From positions 32,001 through 96,000 of IMG/VR virus record IMGVR_UViG_3300045988_170206: a stretch of DNA of 64,000 nt; one strand, 5' to 3'. Below the pieces are notes generated by a model, which was not told the DNA's origin, made no database searches, and worked only from the letters and a program-made list of their open reading frames with translations. The translations under genes and the position numbers were made by a program. Shown in pieces: positions 9,423-19,143 of this stretch (the stretch's first letter is position 1; each line of letters begins with the position of its first letter). Origin of the DNA: a virus.

Positions 9423-10370
9423 TTAGAAGATCTGGGACAGGATCCAGTAGAGAACCTGGCTGAGGCCGTTGCCGAAGGCGATACCGGTATCAACAAGGAC
9501 GCTGGACAGGACCAGGAGAATGATCGCTACGCCGAGGGCTACGAGCTCGAGTGCCTGCTTCTGGAGGTAGTAGCGGATCGGCGTGATGGGCTTCGCGCTG
9601 CCTCCAACCTGCTGCGGGGCCCCGCCGAAGCTGCCGGGCATCATTGCGCCCATCTGGTTACCAGAGGGGCCTCCGCGTTCGCCAGACTCGGCCATCTCGA
9701 CTGCCTGAATAGCTGCGGCGGGGATAACTCGGATGCCTTTGAGCCAACCGCCCTGCGCCTTTGCACCACCGTTGGGGTTACCGCTCATGCCCATGCCCAT
9801 TCCCATGGAGTTCGCGCCGGACTGGCTTCCGGTGCCGTTGCCGTACATGCCACCCGAGAGGATGGTGCGGATGAAGCCGATACTGACGGCGACGTAGAAC
9901 AGGCCAAGCATGTTGCTAACTGTGACGAGCGCGATCATGATGCTGAGAAGCCAGCCGATAGCAAAAGAGAGGAAGCCCAGGAGTGGGCGGGCGCTCTCTG
10001 CGCCCTGCTTGACGCTCTCATCGTCGGTCCAACCGCCCGACAGCCAGCCGCCCTTGTCCTTCGAGTGGTCGGTTTTGACCAGCGGATCATTGCCGGGGTT
10101 GGTCACGTCGATCTGGGGCTTGGATGGGCCGCTGCTACCCTGCGTGGGCTGCGGCTGGTTGGGGGTCTGCTGCGTGCCCTGCTGAGTAGTGCCGGGCGCT
10201 TGCGTGGGCTGTGGGGTGGGCGTGTTGGTGTTCGCGTCACTGTCGTAGGCGGCGACGACTCCCTGCGTGGGGGCGGCGAGGGCTGCGCTAACGGCTGTTC
10301 CGGTGGCTGCTGGGGCCACGATGAGGGCGCATGTCAGAGCAGCGCGTGTGATCGCGGGGGCGAGTTTCAC
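9423..10370 (-). CDS. Secreted/membrane protein, divergent paralog C (Pro/Gln/Thr-rich ectodomain, TM hairpin, Gly/Met-rich loop, terminal TM)
   Basis: Signal peptide MKLAPAITRAALTCALIVAPAATG. Same C-terminal topology as 5941-6723 and 6815-7780. Confidence 0.7.
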   Translation of the reverse strand: MKLAPAITRAALTCALIVAPAATGTAVSAALAAPTQGVVAAYDSDANTNTPTPQPTQAPGTTQQGTQQTPNQPQPTQGSSGPSKPQIDVTNPGNDPLVKTDHSKDKGGWLSGGWTDDESVKQGAESARPLLGFLSFAIGWLLSIMIALVTVSNMLGLFYVAVSIGFIRTILSGGMYGNGTGSQSGANSMGMGMGMSGNPNGGAKAQGGWLKGIRVIPAAAIQAVEMAESGERGGPSGNQMGAMMPGSFGGAPQQVGGSAKPITPIRYYLQKQALELVALGVAIILLVLSSVLVDTGIAFGNGLSQVLYWILSQIF

Positions 10371-10447
10371 GGCAGGCGTTCCTTTCTTGCGGTTGATGGG
10401 TGTGGGGTAAGAGCGTTGACGACCGTGCGGGGATACGTCTTGCTCTG

Positions 10448-11239
10448 TCAGTCGCCGCTGTCGGGGTAGAGGTCGGAGAACAGCTTCGACATCTTCGCTG
10501 ATTCCTCAGCCACCTTCTGTTCTCGGCTCTTCTTGGGGGCAGGTGGGTTGTCGGCGGCGTTGTAGCCGAGTGGTGCGAACTTGGTCCCCTCGAACTCGGG
10601 GCGTAGAGCTCTATAGCCCTTGGCCTTGAAATACTGAACCCCTTCGCTTTCCTCGTATCCTTCCGTCTGGACGTAGTTGAGGACGGGGATCTCGGGATAC
10701 AGGCCGATGAGCGTCTTGGCTCCCATGGCGCGAGTGTCGGGGCGCAGGAGGACTGCGCTGGGGCGACTGTCAGGGCCGGAGCCGCGGCCCCATCGCGCCT
10801 CGATCATGAGAGCCTGCTCCTGGTCGATGTCCGGGTTCTGGCCGGTAATGCGTGTGCCGACCTTTCCTGCGAATGCGGCGAGTTCCCCTCGCGTGAGGTC
10901 GAAGTCTGTGTCCGCTTCGATGTTCTTGTAGCGTGTGGGGTCTTCGACTGCGTAAGCGTCGCGCCGGAACTTGTCTCCTGTTCCGAAGTCGGGGATGCGC
11001 AGCGGGACGTTGGTGTGGAACCTGTATCCGACGACCGTGCCCCGCTGTGGCGTACCGTCGGGGTTCTTCTTACCGGGGATCACCTTGGATGGGTCGGTGA
11101 TGAGGCCAACGAGGTAGATCTCGTCCGCGAGTGCCTTGAGGTTCTGGGCGGCAGGAGCGTCTTCGACGCGCTTGAGCACGTCTCGTTTCGTCATGCCCTT
11201 CGAGCGGGCAATGTGTGGAGGTGTGATTGGTGTCGGCAT
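10448..11239 (-). CDS. Hypothetical soluble protein (263 aa)
   Basis: Long ORF in operon orientation. No TM and no motif recognised. Confidence 0.75.
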   Translation of the reverse strand: MPTPITPPHIARSKGMTKRDVLKRVEDAPAAQNLKALADEIYLVGLITDPSKVIPGKKNPDGTPQRGTVVGYRFHTNVPLRIPDFGTGDKFRRDAYAVEDPTRYKNIEADTDFDLTRGELAAFAGKVGTRITGQNPDIDQEQALMIEARWGRGSGPDSRPSAVLLRPDTRAMGAKTLIGLYPEIPVLNYVQTEGYEESEGVQYFKAKGYRALRPEFEGTKFAPLGYNAADNPPAPKKSREQKVAEESAKMSKLFSDLYPDSGD

Positions 11240-11326
11240 GAATATGGCCTTTCGTGCGGAGGTAGTTTCTGCGTGTTTATCTCCATTATCCCCTATGGGA
11301 TCGTGTTGCGGTGTGTACGGCGCTCG

Positions 11327-11959
11327 TTAGCGGACGATAGCGATGCGACCGTCCTGATCGACTCGGTACTGCACGTCAATGAGGGAGCCTGATTCGTAGG
11401 AGTCGTACTGGCTCTTGGTAACGACATAGTCGACGGTACCGCCCTGCGCAGCTTGGGGGATGTTGGGGATGTTGATGCGCAGGGTGAAGACCAGCTGACC
11501 GTTGACTGCGGTGATGTCTTTCCCGATGACGACGGCACGCGCCTGCTGTGCCGGTGCGAACGTCAGACTGTTGGGGTCGATGGTCGCGTTTGGTGTCGGC
11601 TGCGCGGGGGTGGCTGGTGCTGTGGTTGCAGGGTCTTGCGTGGGTGTCTGCTGGGAGGGTGCCGGCTGCGGGGCTGCTGTCGTGTCGGGTGCGGGGATTG
11701 TGGGTGCGATGGTTGCTTGCGGCGTGGAGGCTTCTGCCCCTGCGTTGGCGGGGGTGCTGTGCCAGTTTTTGAGGCCGATAGCGACCACGAGGGCCACGAG
11801 GATCACGAGGGCGAGCGTGATGCTGCCGAGGATCACGGTGCGCGCGTTGCGCTTCTTCTCCACTTCGGGAGCTGGCTCGTCTGCGGTGGGGAGTGTCGTT
11901 GTCTCGTAGGTGTCTTCGTCGGCGACTGGGAGATCCCAGAAGTCATCGTTGTTGTCCAT
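11327..11959 (-). CDS. Single-pass membrane protein with a Pro/Thr/Ala-rich linker and a small C-terminal beta-rich domain
   Basis: Acidic N-terminus, TM ILGSITLALVILVALVVAIGL, PT-rich stretch. Confidence 0.75.
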   Translation of the reverse strand: MDNNDDFWDLPVADEDTYETTTLPTADEPAPEVEKKRNARTVILGSITLALVILVALVVAIGLKNWHSTPANAGAEASTPQATIAPTIPAPDTTAAPQPAPSQQTPTQDPATTAPATPAQPTPNATIDPNSLTFAPAQQARAVVIGKDITAVNGQLVFTLRINIPNIPQAAQGGTVDYVVTKSQYDSYESGSLIDVQYRVDQDGRIAIVR

Positions 11960-12197
11960 TGGGGGTGTCCTTTCTGAGTGTTCCGTATCGGCGTGTGGTC
12001 CTGCACGCCTGTTCGTATTTGCGCCATGCGATTTGGCGCAGGACGGCTTTCGGATTGATTGCGGGGTCGGGGGTGAGGATGTCGCGGGCTTCTGCGAGCT
12101 CGGCGAGGGCGTGGGGGCCTTCTTGTTCGGCGGCGCGCGCGGGGAGGCCTACGTCGTTGATGGGGGCGACCCATAGGCTCGTGTAGTCGTCGATCAT
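11943..12197 (-). CDS. Small hypothetical protein (84 aa)
   Basis: MIDDYTSLWVAPIND... The ATG overlaps the upstream stop as ATGA, and its 3' end overlaps the next start by 17 nt. Fills an otherwise non-coding gap in the operon. Confidence 0.5.
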   Translation of the reverse strand: MIDDYTSLWVAPINDVGLPARAAEQEGPHALAELAEARDILTPDPAINPKAVLRQIAWRKYEQACRTTRRYGTLRKDTPNGQQR

Positions 12198-12958
12198 AGT
12201 TCGCTCACTCTCACTTGCGCTTGGAGGTGGAGGATCACCTGCTGGGGTGTGGTGAAGTCGGGGTGCGCGTTGAGGATCGCGACGATGAGGGGCAGGGGGA
12301 TGTGGGCGCTGCCGGAGGCCATGTTCTCGGCCCATTCTGCGAAGGAGTAGCCCTGGCGCTTGTAGGCTGACAGGTTGAGGTTCACGGTGCCTGTTGCGTG
12401 GGTTTCGCGTACTGCTCCGACGCGGAGTCCAGCGTCCATGAGGGCACGTAGTCGGCGCATGTGGGCGGTGAGTGCCTGCTGTTTGCCCTGGGGTGGGAGC
12501 TTGGCCCATTGGAGGAGGTCAGCGTCGATAGCGAGTGCTGGTTCCATGAGATCCACCCATGAGAACAGGTCCGTGTAGGTGGAGCTGTAGGGAGCGTTGT
12601 GGAGGATGTTGAGGGCGGGCGCGTACCAGGTGGCGGGGTTGCGTGTTGGTAGGAGAGTGTCGGGGGCCGTGTGCTTCAAGGGGCTGGGCGCGTGGTCTTG
12701 GAAGGCGACGTAGTAGAACTCTGAGCGCAGGGCTGCGTTGTTGTGCCCGTAGGGGCGGTTGCGGGGATCCTTAGCGGCTTCTGGCGTTGGGGAGATCGGC
12801 GCGCTGCCTGGACCGGCTGGCCCCATTGCTGGGGGCTGCGGGATGGGTGCTGTAGGGACAATCGGGCCGGAGAGGACGCTCTGGGGGCCGCGGAGTGTGA
12901 AGGTTTTGTTGTGGCGCACGAAGATTCGTAGCGCACTTTTGATGCTAGTAGAGGTCAT
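12194..12958 (-). CDS. Hypothetical protein (254 aa)
   Basis: Long ORF in operon register, overlapping its neighbours. Confidence 0.7.
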   Translation of the reverse strand: MTSTSIKSALRIFVRHNKTFTLRGPQSVLSGPIVPTAPIPQPPAMGPAGPGSAPISPTPEAAKDPRNRPYGHNNAALRSEFYYVAFQDHAPSPLKHTAPDTLLPTRNPATWYAPALNILHNAPYSSTYTDLFSWVDLMEPALAIDADLLQWAKLPPQGKQQALTAHMRRLRALMDAGLRVGAVRETHATGTVNLNLSAYKRQGYSFAEWAENMASGSAHIPLPLIVAILNAHPDFTTPQQVILHLQAQVRVSEL

Positions 12959-14027
12959 TGTTGTACTCCTCGAGGGTGGCGTTTGGTGTCATCGTGTAAG
13001 TGACGACATGGCCGGGTGCGGCGTGCGTAATTCCTGGTTCGGCGGCGTGCTCGACGGTGATTTGGTCCAGTGGTGGGAGAGGGACGGATGAGGGGAGTCC
13101 TGCGAGGTCGGGGTCGTCGATGCTGATGGTATCGCCGTTGAGGTGGAGAGTGAGACTGTCTCCATAGGTGAGTGGGCCTGCGAGCCCGAGGTCGATGAAT
13201 GGGGGGCGGGCGAACAGGTCGGTGGGTTCGAGGCTGGAGTACTCGTCAGGGAAGGCGACCATCTGTCGCCCGAGGGTGAAGTCGATGGTCCACCATCCGC
13301 CTCGTGAGCGCCATTCGTTCTCGTCAAGGCGCGCCGGTAGTGGGGCATCGTCGGTGGCGAAGTGTTCCCAGGCCCATTTCTGCCAGGGTTGCCCGTCGTG
13401 TGTGCGCATCCAGTTGAGTGATGCGTCTGTGAGGGGCGTGTGTTGGCCGGTGGAGAATTGGCCGTCGAGGGCTACCCACATGTCGAAGCCTGCGGGGAGC
13501 GCGTCGAGGGCTTCGATCATGGGCGTGGTGGTGCCGATGGTGTTGTGGAAGAGTTCTTGCACGTCGGGGTGTTCCCACCATGTATGGAAGGTGGGCATTC
13601 CTTGTCCGAAGGTGCGTGCCTCGAGGATCCATCGGCAGTTGGGGGTGTTGGTTTTGCGGCGTTCGAGGCGGGTGTCTGCGTCGAGTGTTTCTTGGTTGGT
13701 GTGCAGGTCGAGGAGGTGTGTGCGCCAGCGGAGGGCCTGCCATGCGTCGTAGATGATCTGCTTATCGTCGTCGGTGATGAAAGGGTCGTCTTTGATGGTG
13801 GAGTAGGCGAGTCGGTAGTGGGCTGCTGTGGTGATGGCTGTGCCGTCGAGCTTCCAGCTGAGGGTGGGGATGATGGAGCGCGCAACGTCGTGCAGCTCCG
13901 TCTTGTTGAGGATCCACGGTTGGGTTTGCGCGTAGGCGAGGTAGAGGTTCGCGAGGTGCAGCTTGTAGAGCCCGAAGTAGGACAGGGCGCTCACGGTGCG
14001 TTTTTCGAGGGTTTCGATGCTGCTCAT
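12945..14027 (-). CDS. Hypothetical protein (360 aa)
   Basis: Start MSSIETLEK chosen because it forms an ATGA overlap with the sortase stop. The longer track ORF (to 14129) would overlap the sortase by about 100 nt. Confidence 0.7.
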   Translation of the reverse strand: MSSIETLEKRTVSALSYFGLYKLHLANLYLAYAQTQPWILNKTELHDVARSIIPTLSWKLDGTAITTAAHYRLAYSTIKDDPFITDDDKQIIYDAWQALRWRTHLLDLHTNQETLDADTRLERRKTNTPNCRWILEARTFGQGMPTFHTWWEHPDVQELFHNTIGTTTPMIEALDALPAGFDMWVALDGQFSTGQHTPLTDASLNWMRTHDGQPWQKWAWEHFATDDAPLPARLDENEWRSRGGWWTIDFTLGRQMVAFPDEYSSLEPTDLFARPPFIDLGLAGPLTYGDSLTLHLNGDTISIDDPDLAGLPSSVPLPPLDQITVEHAAEPGITHAAPGHVVTYTMTPNATLEEYNNDLY

Positions 14028-14911
14028 GCGTCCCCCTGTGGTCGTGGGCGTTTCTTCTTGGGTATCGCCATGACGATGCCCGTGGTGAGAGCGCCGAGGG
14101 ATGCGGCTCCCATGAGACGCATGTACCAAGGTAGGGGTGTGATTGTGTTGAGGATGAACTCGACGGGGCCGGGAGTCGTTGTTGTTGCAGCGGGGTCTGT
14201 TTCGGGGTTGTAGGGGATGCGTTCGCCGGTGACGAGGAGGCGGTGGGAGTTGACTGCGTAGGGGGTGCAGGTCATGAGGGTCACGAGGTCTTTGCCGGGG
14301 ACGGGGGCGAGGGCTTCGATTTGGTCGGGTGTGATGACATCAATGCTGGTGACTTCGTAGGCGAGGGTTTCGCCGTACACGTCCACGTAGAACATGTCGC
14401 CGACCTTTACGTCGCTGAGGCGGTCGAAGAGTGTGGCGCTGCGTAGGCCTGTGTGGGTGGAGAGGACGGGGCGGGTACCCGTGTCGCCGACGGGGAGTGC
14501 TGTGCCGTAGAGGTGGCCTGCGCCGGTACGCATGGCTTCGTCACTGGTGCCATGGTGGACGGGTAGGTCGATGCTGACGTTGGGGACTCTGATGCGAGCC
14601 ATTACGTCGGTGTCGGCGAGTTGGTGCAGGTAGTTGTCGTAGGCGGCTGCGTCGTGTTCACTCGGGGCAGTGTAGGGGTCGGCGAGGGGAACGCCTGCGA
14701 GGGACTGGTTGTAGGCGTGAGCGTCGCGGAGTGCTTGTTCGACTTTCTCGGGCTGCTGTCGCTTGAGGGTTTCGGCCTGCTGGGCTTGCTGGGCTGCTGC
14801 TTCGCGCGCCTGCTGATTCTCCCAGATGGTGCCTACAGTGGGGTAGGCGAGCATGAGGGCGACGGCGAGCATGAGTGCTGCTGCGAAGCGTCGCATGGTT
14901 GCTGCCTTCAT
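14024..14911 (-). CDS. srtC: Class C (pilus-polymerising) sortase
   Basis: TLMTC catalytic motif, upstream LSTHTG His, downstream RLLV Arg, DPY lid motif (LADPYTA), N-terminal signal/TM and a C-terminal TM followed by KKKRPRP. Confidence 0.9.
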   Translation of the reverse strand: MKAATMRRFAAALMLAVALMLAYPTVGTIWENQQAREAAAQQAQQAETLKRQQPEKVEQALRDAHAYNQSLAGVPLADPYTAPSEHDAAAYDNYLHQLADTDVMARIRVPNVSIDLPVHHGTSDEAMRTGAGHLYGTALPVGDTGTRPVLSTHTGLRSATLFDRLSDVKVGDMFYVDVYGETLAYEVTSIDVITPDQIEALAPVPGKDLVTLMTCTPYAVNSHRLLVTGERIPYNPETDPAATTTTPGPVEFILNTITPLPWYMRLMGAASLGALTTGIVMAIPKKKRPRPQGDA

Positions 14912-15023
14912 GACTTCCCTTCCTGCATTGACGTTACCGTATAAAGAATATCATCTGTCTAGGGTTTTCCAGATGAATTGCTGCTGTTTGTCCCGTGTTA
15001 TGTAGTCGATTTTGAGGCATGGG

Positions 15024-15068
15024 GAAGCCCCGCGCTTCGCAGCATGTGGCCGGTCAGCGCGGGGCTTC
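15024..15068 (-). terminator. GC-rich hairpin just after the shaft-pilin stop (terminator/attenuator)
   Basis: Perfect 12-bp inverted repeat GAAGCCCCGCGC (15024-15035) / GCGCGGGGCTTC (15057-15068) with a 21-nt loop. No clear U-tract. Confidence 0.45.
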
Positions 15069-15080
15069 AAGAGGCAGGGG

Positions 15081-16727
15081 TCAGGCGGTCTCGCCCTGCT
15101 TGCTGTTGCGGCGCGAACGGAAGGCGAAGAACCCAGCTGCGCCCGCCATGATGGTAGCGGCAGAGCCGATCAGGCCGATGCCTGCGCCACCCGTGAACGG
15201 GAGGAGCTGCTTCTTTGTGTCCACGATGGTGCGGGAACCACCCGCGTTGTCCGTGGTGTCTGCGTCGCGCTGTGCGTCGGCGAACGCTGCGGCCATGTCA
15301 GTGACCTCACCGGCGACAGTCAGGTCGAACTTGACGGGGCTCGGTAGGAGGTTGTAGCCCTCGGGGGCCTTGGACTCGACGAGGCAGTAGGAGTGCAGGT
15401 CGGTCTGCTCTGCGCCGTTGTACCAGTTGGAGAGCTGGAGGCCGGAGACCTTTGTGAGGCCCTGAGCGTCGGTGGGTGCAGACGTGGCGATGGGCTCGCC
15501 GGAGACGGCGGCAGCGTCACAGACGGTACCACCTGTGGCGCGGTAGACCTTGAACTCCGCGCCCGCGAGCACAGTGCCGTCAGTCCCCGTCTTCTTGAGC
15601 ACGATGTCACCGTACTTGGAGACGACCTCGGGCGACTTTGGCGGCTTGTTGGGGGTCTCAGGCGGGGTGTTGCCGGGGGTGCCCGGCTTGTTGCCGTTAT
15701 TGATGAGCCAGTTGTTTGACGGGATGAACCAGGCCTGGTTCTTCAGCTCACCCGTGACGTTGTTCGCCGTCACGCGGGTGACGATCTCGACGGTGAACTT
15801 CTTGCCGGTGTTGGCGGCGAGCTTGTTCAGGCCGTCCGATGTCACGGACCAGCCGAGCTGGTTGCCGGTCTGGGAGAGCACGTAGTCCGCGCCTTCGGTG
15901 AGCGCAGTGTCGCCGACGGAGACCTTGCTGGACACGTACTCGGTGCCCTCGGGGAGGGTGTCCTGCACGTAGTAGTAGCCCAGGTCTGCGCCGTTGACCT
16001 GGCCGTCGCCGTTGCTGTCACCTGCGAGGACGGTGGAGGCGAGTGTGTAGGTCAGGTTCTCGCCGACCTTGTAGCCGTCCTGGTTCTGGGTGCCGGTGTT
16101 GCCGTCCTTGACGGTCTTCTCGATGCTGTTCTCCGTGTTCTTCGGGTAGATGTCGATGTCGTACATCCAATCCGAGTGATTACGAGGGTTCGTCTGAGGC
16201 ATGATCGCCAGGAACGGCGCTGCTGGCGTGATCGCCGATGCGTCACCTGGGTAGTTCGCCAGGTTCTCGTTGACGATGTACACACCGAGCTCGACGGTCG
16301 CTGATGCGTCGCCGGTGGCGTTGGTGGTGACGCTCGTCGCCTTCGTGAAGGTGTAATCCTTGCCGTCGATGGACAGCTTGCCGGAGGCGACGATCTCCGG
16401 GGTGAGCGTGAGGTCCGCGGCCTTCTCTGCGATGGCCATGCCTGCGGTGGAGTGCAGGTCGATGCCGTCGATCTTGTAGAGATCGAACGTCACGTCGGCG
16501 AGGGGTTCGCCGAGTGCCTGGCGGGCCTGGTCGGAGAGCGGCGTGCCGTCAGCGCGGGTACCGCTCTCCACACCCTTGATCTTGTGGATCTTGATGGTGC
16601 CCTGGGTGGGGCCACCGTCGAGAATGGGGCTGGGGGCTGCGTTGGCGATACCTGCGCCCATGAGGCTCACGAGCGCGAGGGCGGCGGTCGCGGATGCGAC
16701 GGTGTATCGGTGGGTCGTCTTCTTCAT
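15081..16727 (-). CDS. Major (shaft) pilin of a sortase-assembled pilus
   Basis: Signal peptide, pilin motif WMYDIDIYPKN, E-box YCLVESKAPEGY, and the sorting signal LPFTGG followed by a hydrophobic stretch and RSRRN. Confidence 0.9.
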   Translation of the reverse strand: MKKTTHRYTVASATAALALVSLMGAGIANAAPSPILDGGPTQGTIKIHKIKGVESGTRADGTPLSDQARQALGEPLADVTFDLYKIDGIDLHSTAGMAIAEKAADLTLTPEIVASGKLSIDGKDYTFTKATSVTTNATGDASATVELGVYIVNENLANYPGDASAITPAAPFLAIMPQTNPRNHSDWMYDIDIYPKNTENSIEKTVKDGNTGTQNQDGYKVGENLTYTLASTVLAGDSNGDGQVNGADLGYYYVQDTLPEGTEYVSSKVSVGDTALTEGADYVLSQTGNQLGWSVTSDGLNKLAANTGKKFTVEIVTRVTANNVTGELKNQAWFIPSNNWLINNGNKPGTPGNTPPETPNKPPKSPEVVSKYGDIVLKKTGTDGTVLAGAEFKVYRATGGTVCDAAAVSGEPIATSAPTDAQGLTKVSGLQLSNWYNGAEQTDLHSYCLVESKAPEGYNLLPSPVKFDLTVAGEVTDMAAAFADAQRDADTTDNAGGSRTIVDTKKQLLPFTGGAGIGLIGSAATIMAGAAGFFAFRSRRNSKQGETA

Positions 16728-16752
16728 GGAGAAGGTTCCTTTCTTTTGGGGG

Positions 16753-18999
16753 TCAGTTCTCGTCGCTCGAGGCAGAGCGGCGCTTGTATGTGAGGGTCAT
16801 TCCTGCGACTCCGAGGAGCGCGATGGTGGCGATGCCTGCGATGAGGATGATGCCGGTGCCGCCGGTCATGGGCAGACGCGGGCTGACCGTGACAGGAGTC
16901 AGTTTACCCACAGTTTTGGCTGTAGATTGCGCCGACTCGACATTGCGGTTGCGCCCGTCGGAGATGCCGGTTGCGTGCGCAGTGTTTGTCACATCGCCCT
17001 GTCGGATGTCGTCGTCGTTCGTGTCGGATGTGGCCGTGCAGGTCATGGATGCGCCTGCGTCGAGCGTCGTGCCGGGGCATGTGACCGTTGACAGGGGCTT
17101 GTGGCCGTTGTAGGAATCCTCGACGACGGTCACGTCGTGCAGGCTGATGTCGCCGGTGTTACGCACGGTGAAGGTCCAGGTGAGTTTGTCGCCGGAGTGG
17201 AACTCTGGCTTATCTACGGTCTTCTCGATTTCGAGCGCCGGCTTGGCGGGGACGTAGGTGGATGAGTCGGAGGACGGGTCGGACGTGACAGGGATGCCTG
17301 CGGGGCTCATGCCGGTGGCCTTCGCCGTGTTCGTGATGGTCTTGCCTGCGTCAGGGAAGTCAGCGTCCACGAGGGGGCTGGTGATGTTCTTCCAGGTGCA
17401 GGTGTTGCCGGGCTGGACGGTTGCGCAGGCTTCGGTGACGGTGTTGACGGTGTTCGGGTCGGTGCCTGTGTAGCCGCCGTCGTAGGTGTCGTCGATGATG
17501 TGGACGTTCGTCAGGGGGACGTTGCCGGTGTTGGTGGCCGTGTAGGTCCAGTGGAGTTCCGTGGCCGTGTCGCCGTAGGTCTTTTCGGTGACGGTCTTAG
17601 TCAGGGCGATGGAAGGGGTTTCGGGGGTGAAGGTGCCGTGCCATTCGCGTGCTTCGCCGGAGCGCGCCCAGGTGTCGATGATTCGACCGTCGCCGTGCGT
17701 TCCTCGTTCTGACAGCGCACATTCGGGGTGGAGCTTCGGGTTCGCGTTGTTCACGTTCCAGCCGTGCACACCGGAGGGGGTGTCGGAGTTTACGCCTGCG
17801 AGAGCTTCCCATGGGGTGCGGGTGTTCTCTACGTAGCGGCAGGACGTGAGGTTACGGTCGTCCCAGTAAACGGTTGCGTCACCTGCGGAGGGGCCGTTGA
17901 GGGCCTTGATGGTGAGGCCTCCAAGCATTTCTACGTCACTGAACATCAGGTGCATCTCGTTACTCGATGCGGCCTTGAGGGTCCAGTCCACGGCCTTGTC
18001 TGCGTCGATGTTGATGGTGACGCTGGTCTTGCCCTGGACGGTAGTTTCCTTGCCTGCGGCGGTGAATGTGTAGGCGGCGAACTTGTCGAGGCCTGTGATG
18101 ACTGCCTGGGCTTTGTGGTTGCCGAGGTCTTTCAGTTCGACGGTGGGGGTGCCCAGCGTCTTGGGGGTGGGGAGGATACTCTCGGGGAGGTCGGCTGCGG
18201 GGGTGGTGAAGAACAGCTTGTAGCGTTCGCCGCACTTGTAGTTGGTGCGGTAGTGGTTGACCCAAGAGCCGGCGAGTTGCCCGTTAGGTGCGTATGCGTC
18301 GTAGCCGGAGCCGTCACGGATAGCCCAGTCGTCGTATGACTGGTAGGTCGGCTCACAGTAATCCTGCCCGTCCTTCGTGACGATCTTGTTGATGCCGGAC
18401 GAGGTGGCGGCAATGACTGACTGGATGCCACCGTACTCACGGGCCACGAATTGATACCTGTAGCCAGTCGGTGAGACAGCGATGAGGCTGACCTCGCCGA
18501 TAGAGCCCGGCTGCGGGGTTGAGGGGTTGTCCCAGTCGAAGGAGGCTCGCTGGCCGACGAACACCTTGTCGGCCCATACGCGACCTGGGATCGTCTTGTC
18601 ATCATGACTAACGGCCTGGATGTTCCAGAAGAACTGGTTGTCCGAGTACTGGTTGTTCGCGTCGATGTGGGGCACGTAGTACACCTGAAAGATGCCGTCG
18701 TGCTTTGCGTAGTGGGAGGCCATGCCGCCCTGCCACGCCGTCATGTTGGCGATGTTGCCGTCCTCGTCGAGGACGTACTCGGGTTGCTTTCCAAGGAAGG
18801 TGTACCACAGGTATTCACCCTTCTTCACGTAGACGTAGAAAACGTCGGGCGCGAAGGTGGGCGTGTTGTAGGCGGGCACCGTTTCCGCGTGTGCTGCCTG
18901 TTGGACGGTGGGGGTAGCAACAAGTCCCACTGCTGCGATGGCGGCAACTGCGAGCGCAGTAATTGCTCGCCGCAGTCGGGACGGCTTTCTGGATACCAT
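16753..18999 (-). CDS. LPxTG-anchored large pilus-associated adhesin (tip/minor pilin candidate) with DUF11-like repeats
   Basis: Start MVSRKPSRLRR preceded by AAGGAG. Two NTG(N/D)(V/I)(P/S)L(T/H)(N/D)V..(I/V)(D/E)D repeats. LPMTGG followed by a TM and KRRS. No YPKN motif. Confidence 0.8.
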   Translation of the reverse strand: MVSRKPSRLRRAITALAVAAIAAVGLVATPTVQQAAHAETVPAYNTPTFAPDVFYVYVKKGEYLWYTFLGKQPEYVLDEDGNIANMTAWQGGMASHYAKHDGIFQVYYVPHIDANNQYSDNQFFWNIQAVSHDDKTIPGRVWADKVFVGQRASFDWDNPSTPQPGSIGEVSLIAVSPTGYRYQFVAREYGGIQSVIAATSSGINKIVTKDGQDYCEPTYQSYDDWAIRDGSGYDAYAPNGQLAGSWVNHYRTNYKCGERYKLFFTTPAADLPESILPTPKTLGTPTVELKDLGNHKAQAVITGLDKFAAYTFTAAGKETTVQGKTSVTINIDADKAVDWTLKAASSNEMHLMFSDVEMLGGLTIKALNGPSAGDATVYWDDRNLTSCRYVENTRTPWEALAGVNSDTPSGVHGWNVNNANPKLHPECALSERGTHGDGRIIDTWARSGEAREWHGTFTPETPSIALTKTVTEKTYGDTATELHWTYTATNTGNVPLTNVHIIDDTYDGGYTGTDPNTVNTVTEACATVQPGNTCTWKNITSPLVDADFPDAGKTITNTAKATGMSPAGIPVTSDPSSDSSTYVPAKPALEIEKTVDKPEFHSGDKLTWTFTVRNTGDISLHDVTVVEDSYNGHKPLSTVTCPGTTLDAGASMTCTATSDTNDDDIRQGDVTNTAHATGISDGRNRNVESAQSTAKTVGKLTPVTVSPRLPMTGGTGIILIAGIATIALLGVAGMTLTYKRRSASSDEN

Positions 19000-19082
19000 A
19001 TCTGCTCCTTCTGGCTGATGTTTCCTGAACAATCCTAGCATTTTCCAGGTGCCCCTCTTCTACTTGTATCGGGGCATGTCGA

Positions 19083-19122
19083 AGGGGGAGGGGATTCCAA
19101 CATGGTGCTGGTCCCCCTCCCC
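19083..19122 (-). terminator. G/C hairpin between the giant adhesin gene and the pilus genes
   Basis: GGGGGAGGGG (19083-19092) pairs with CCCCTCCCCC (19113-19122), 20-nt loop. Overlaps a C5-T-C8 tract at 19112-19125. Confidence 0.4.
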
Positions 19123-19143
19123 CCCCTTATCGGTGAGCGCGGG

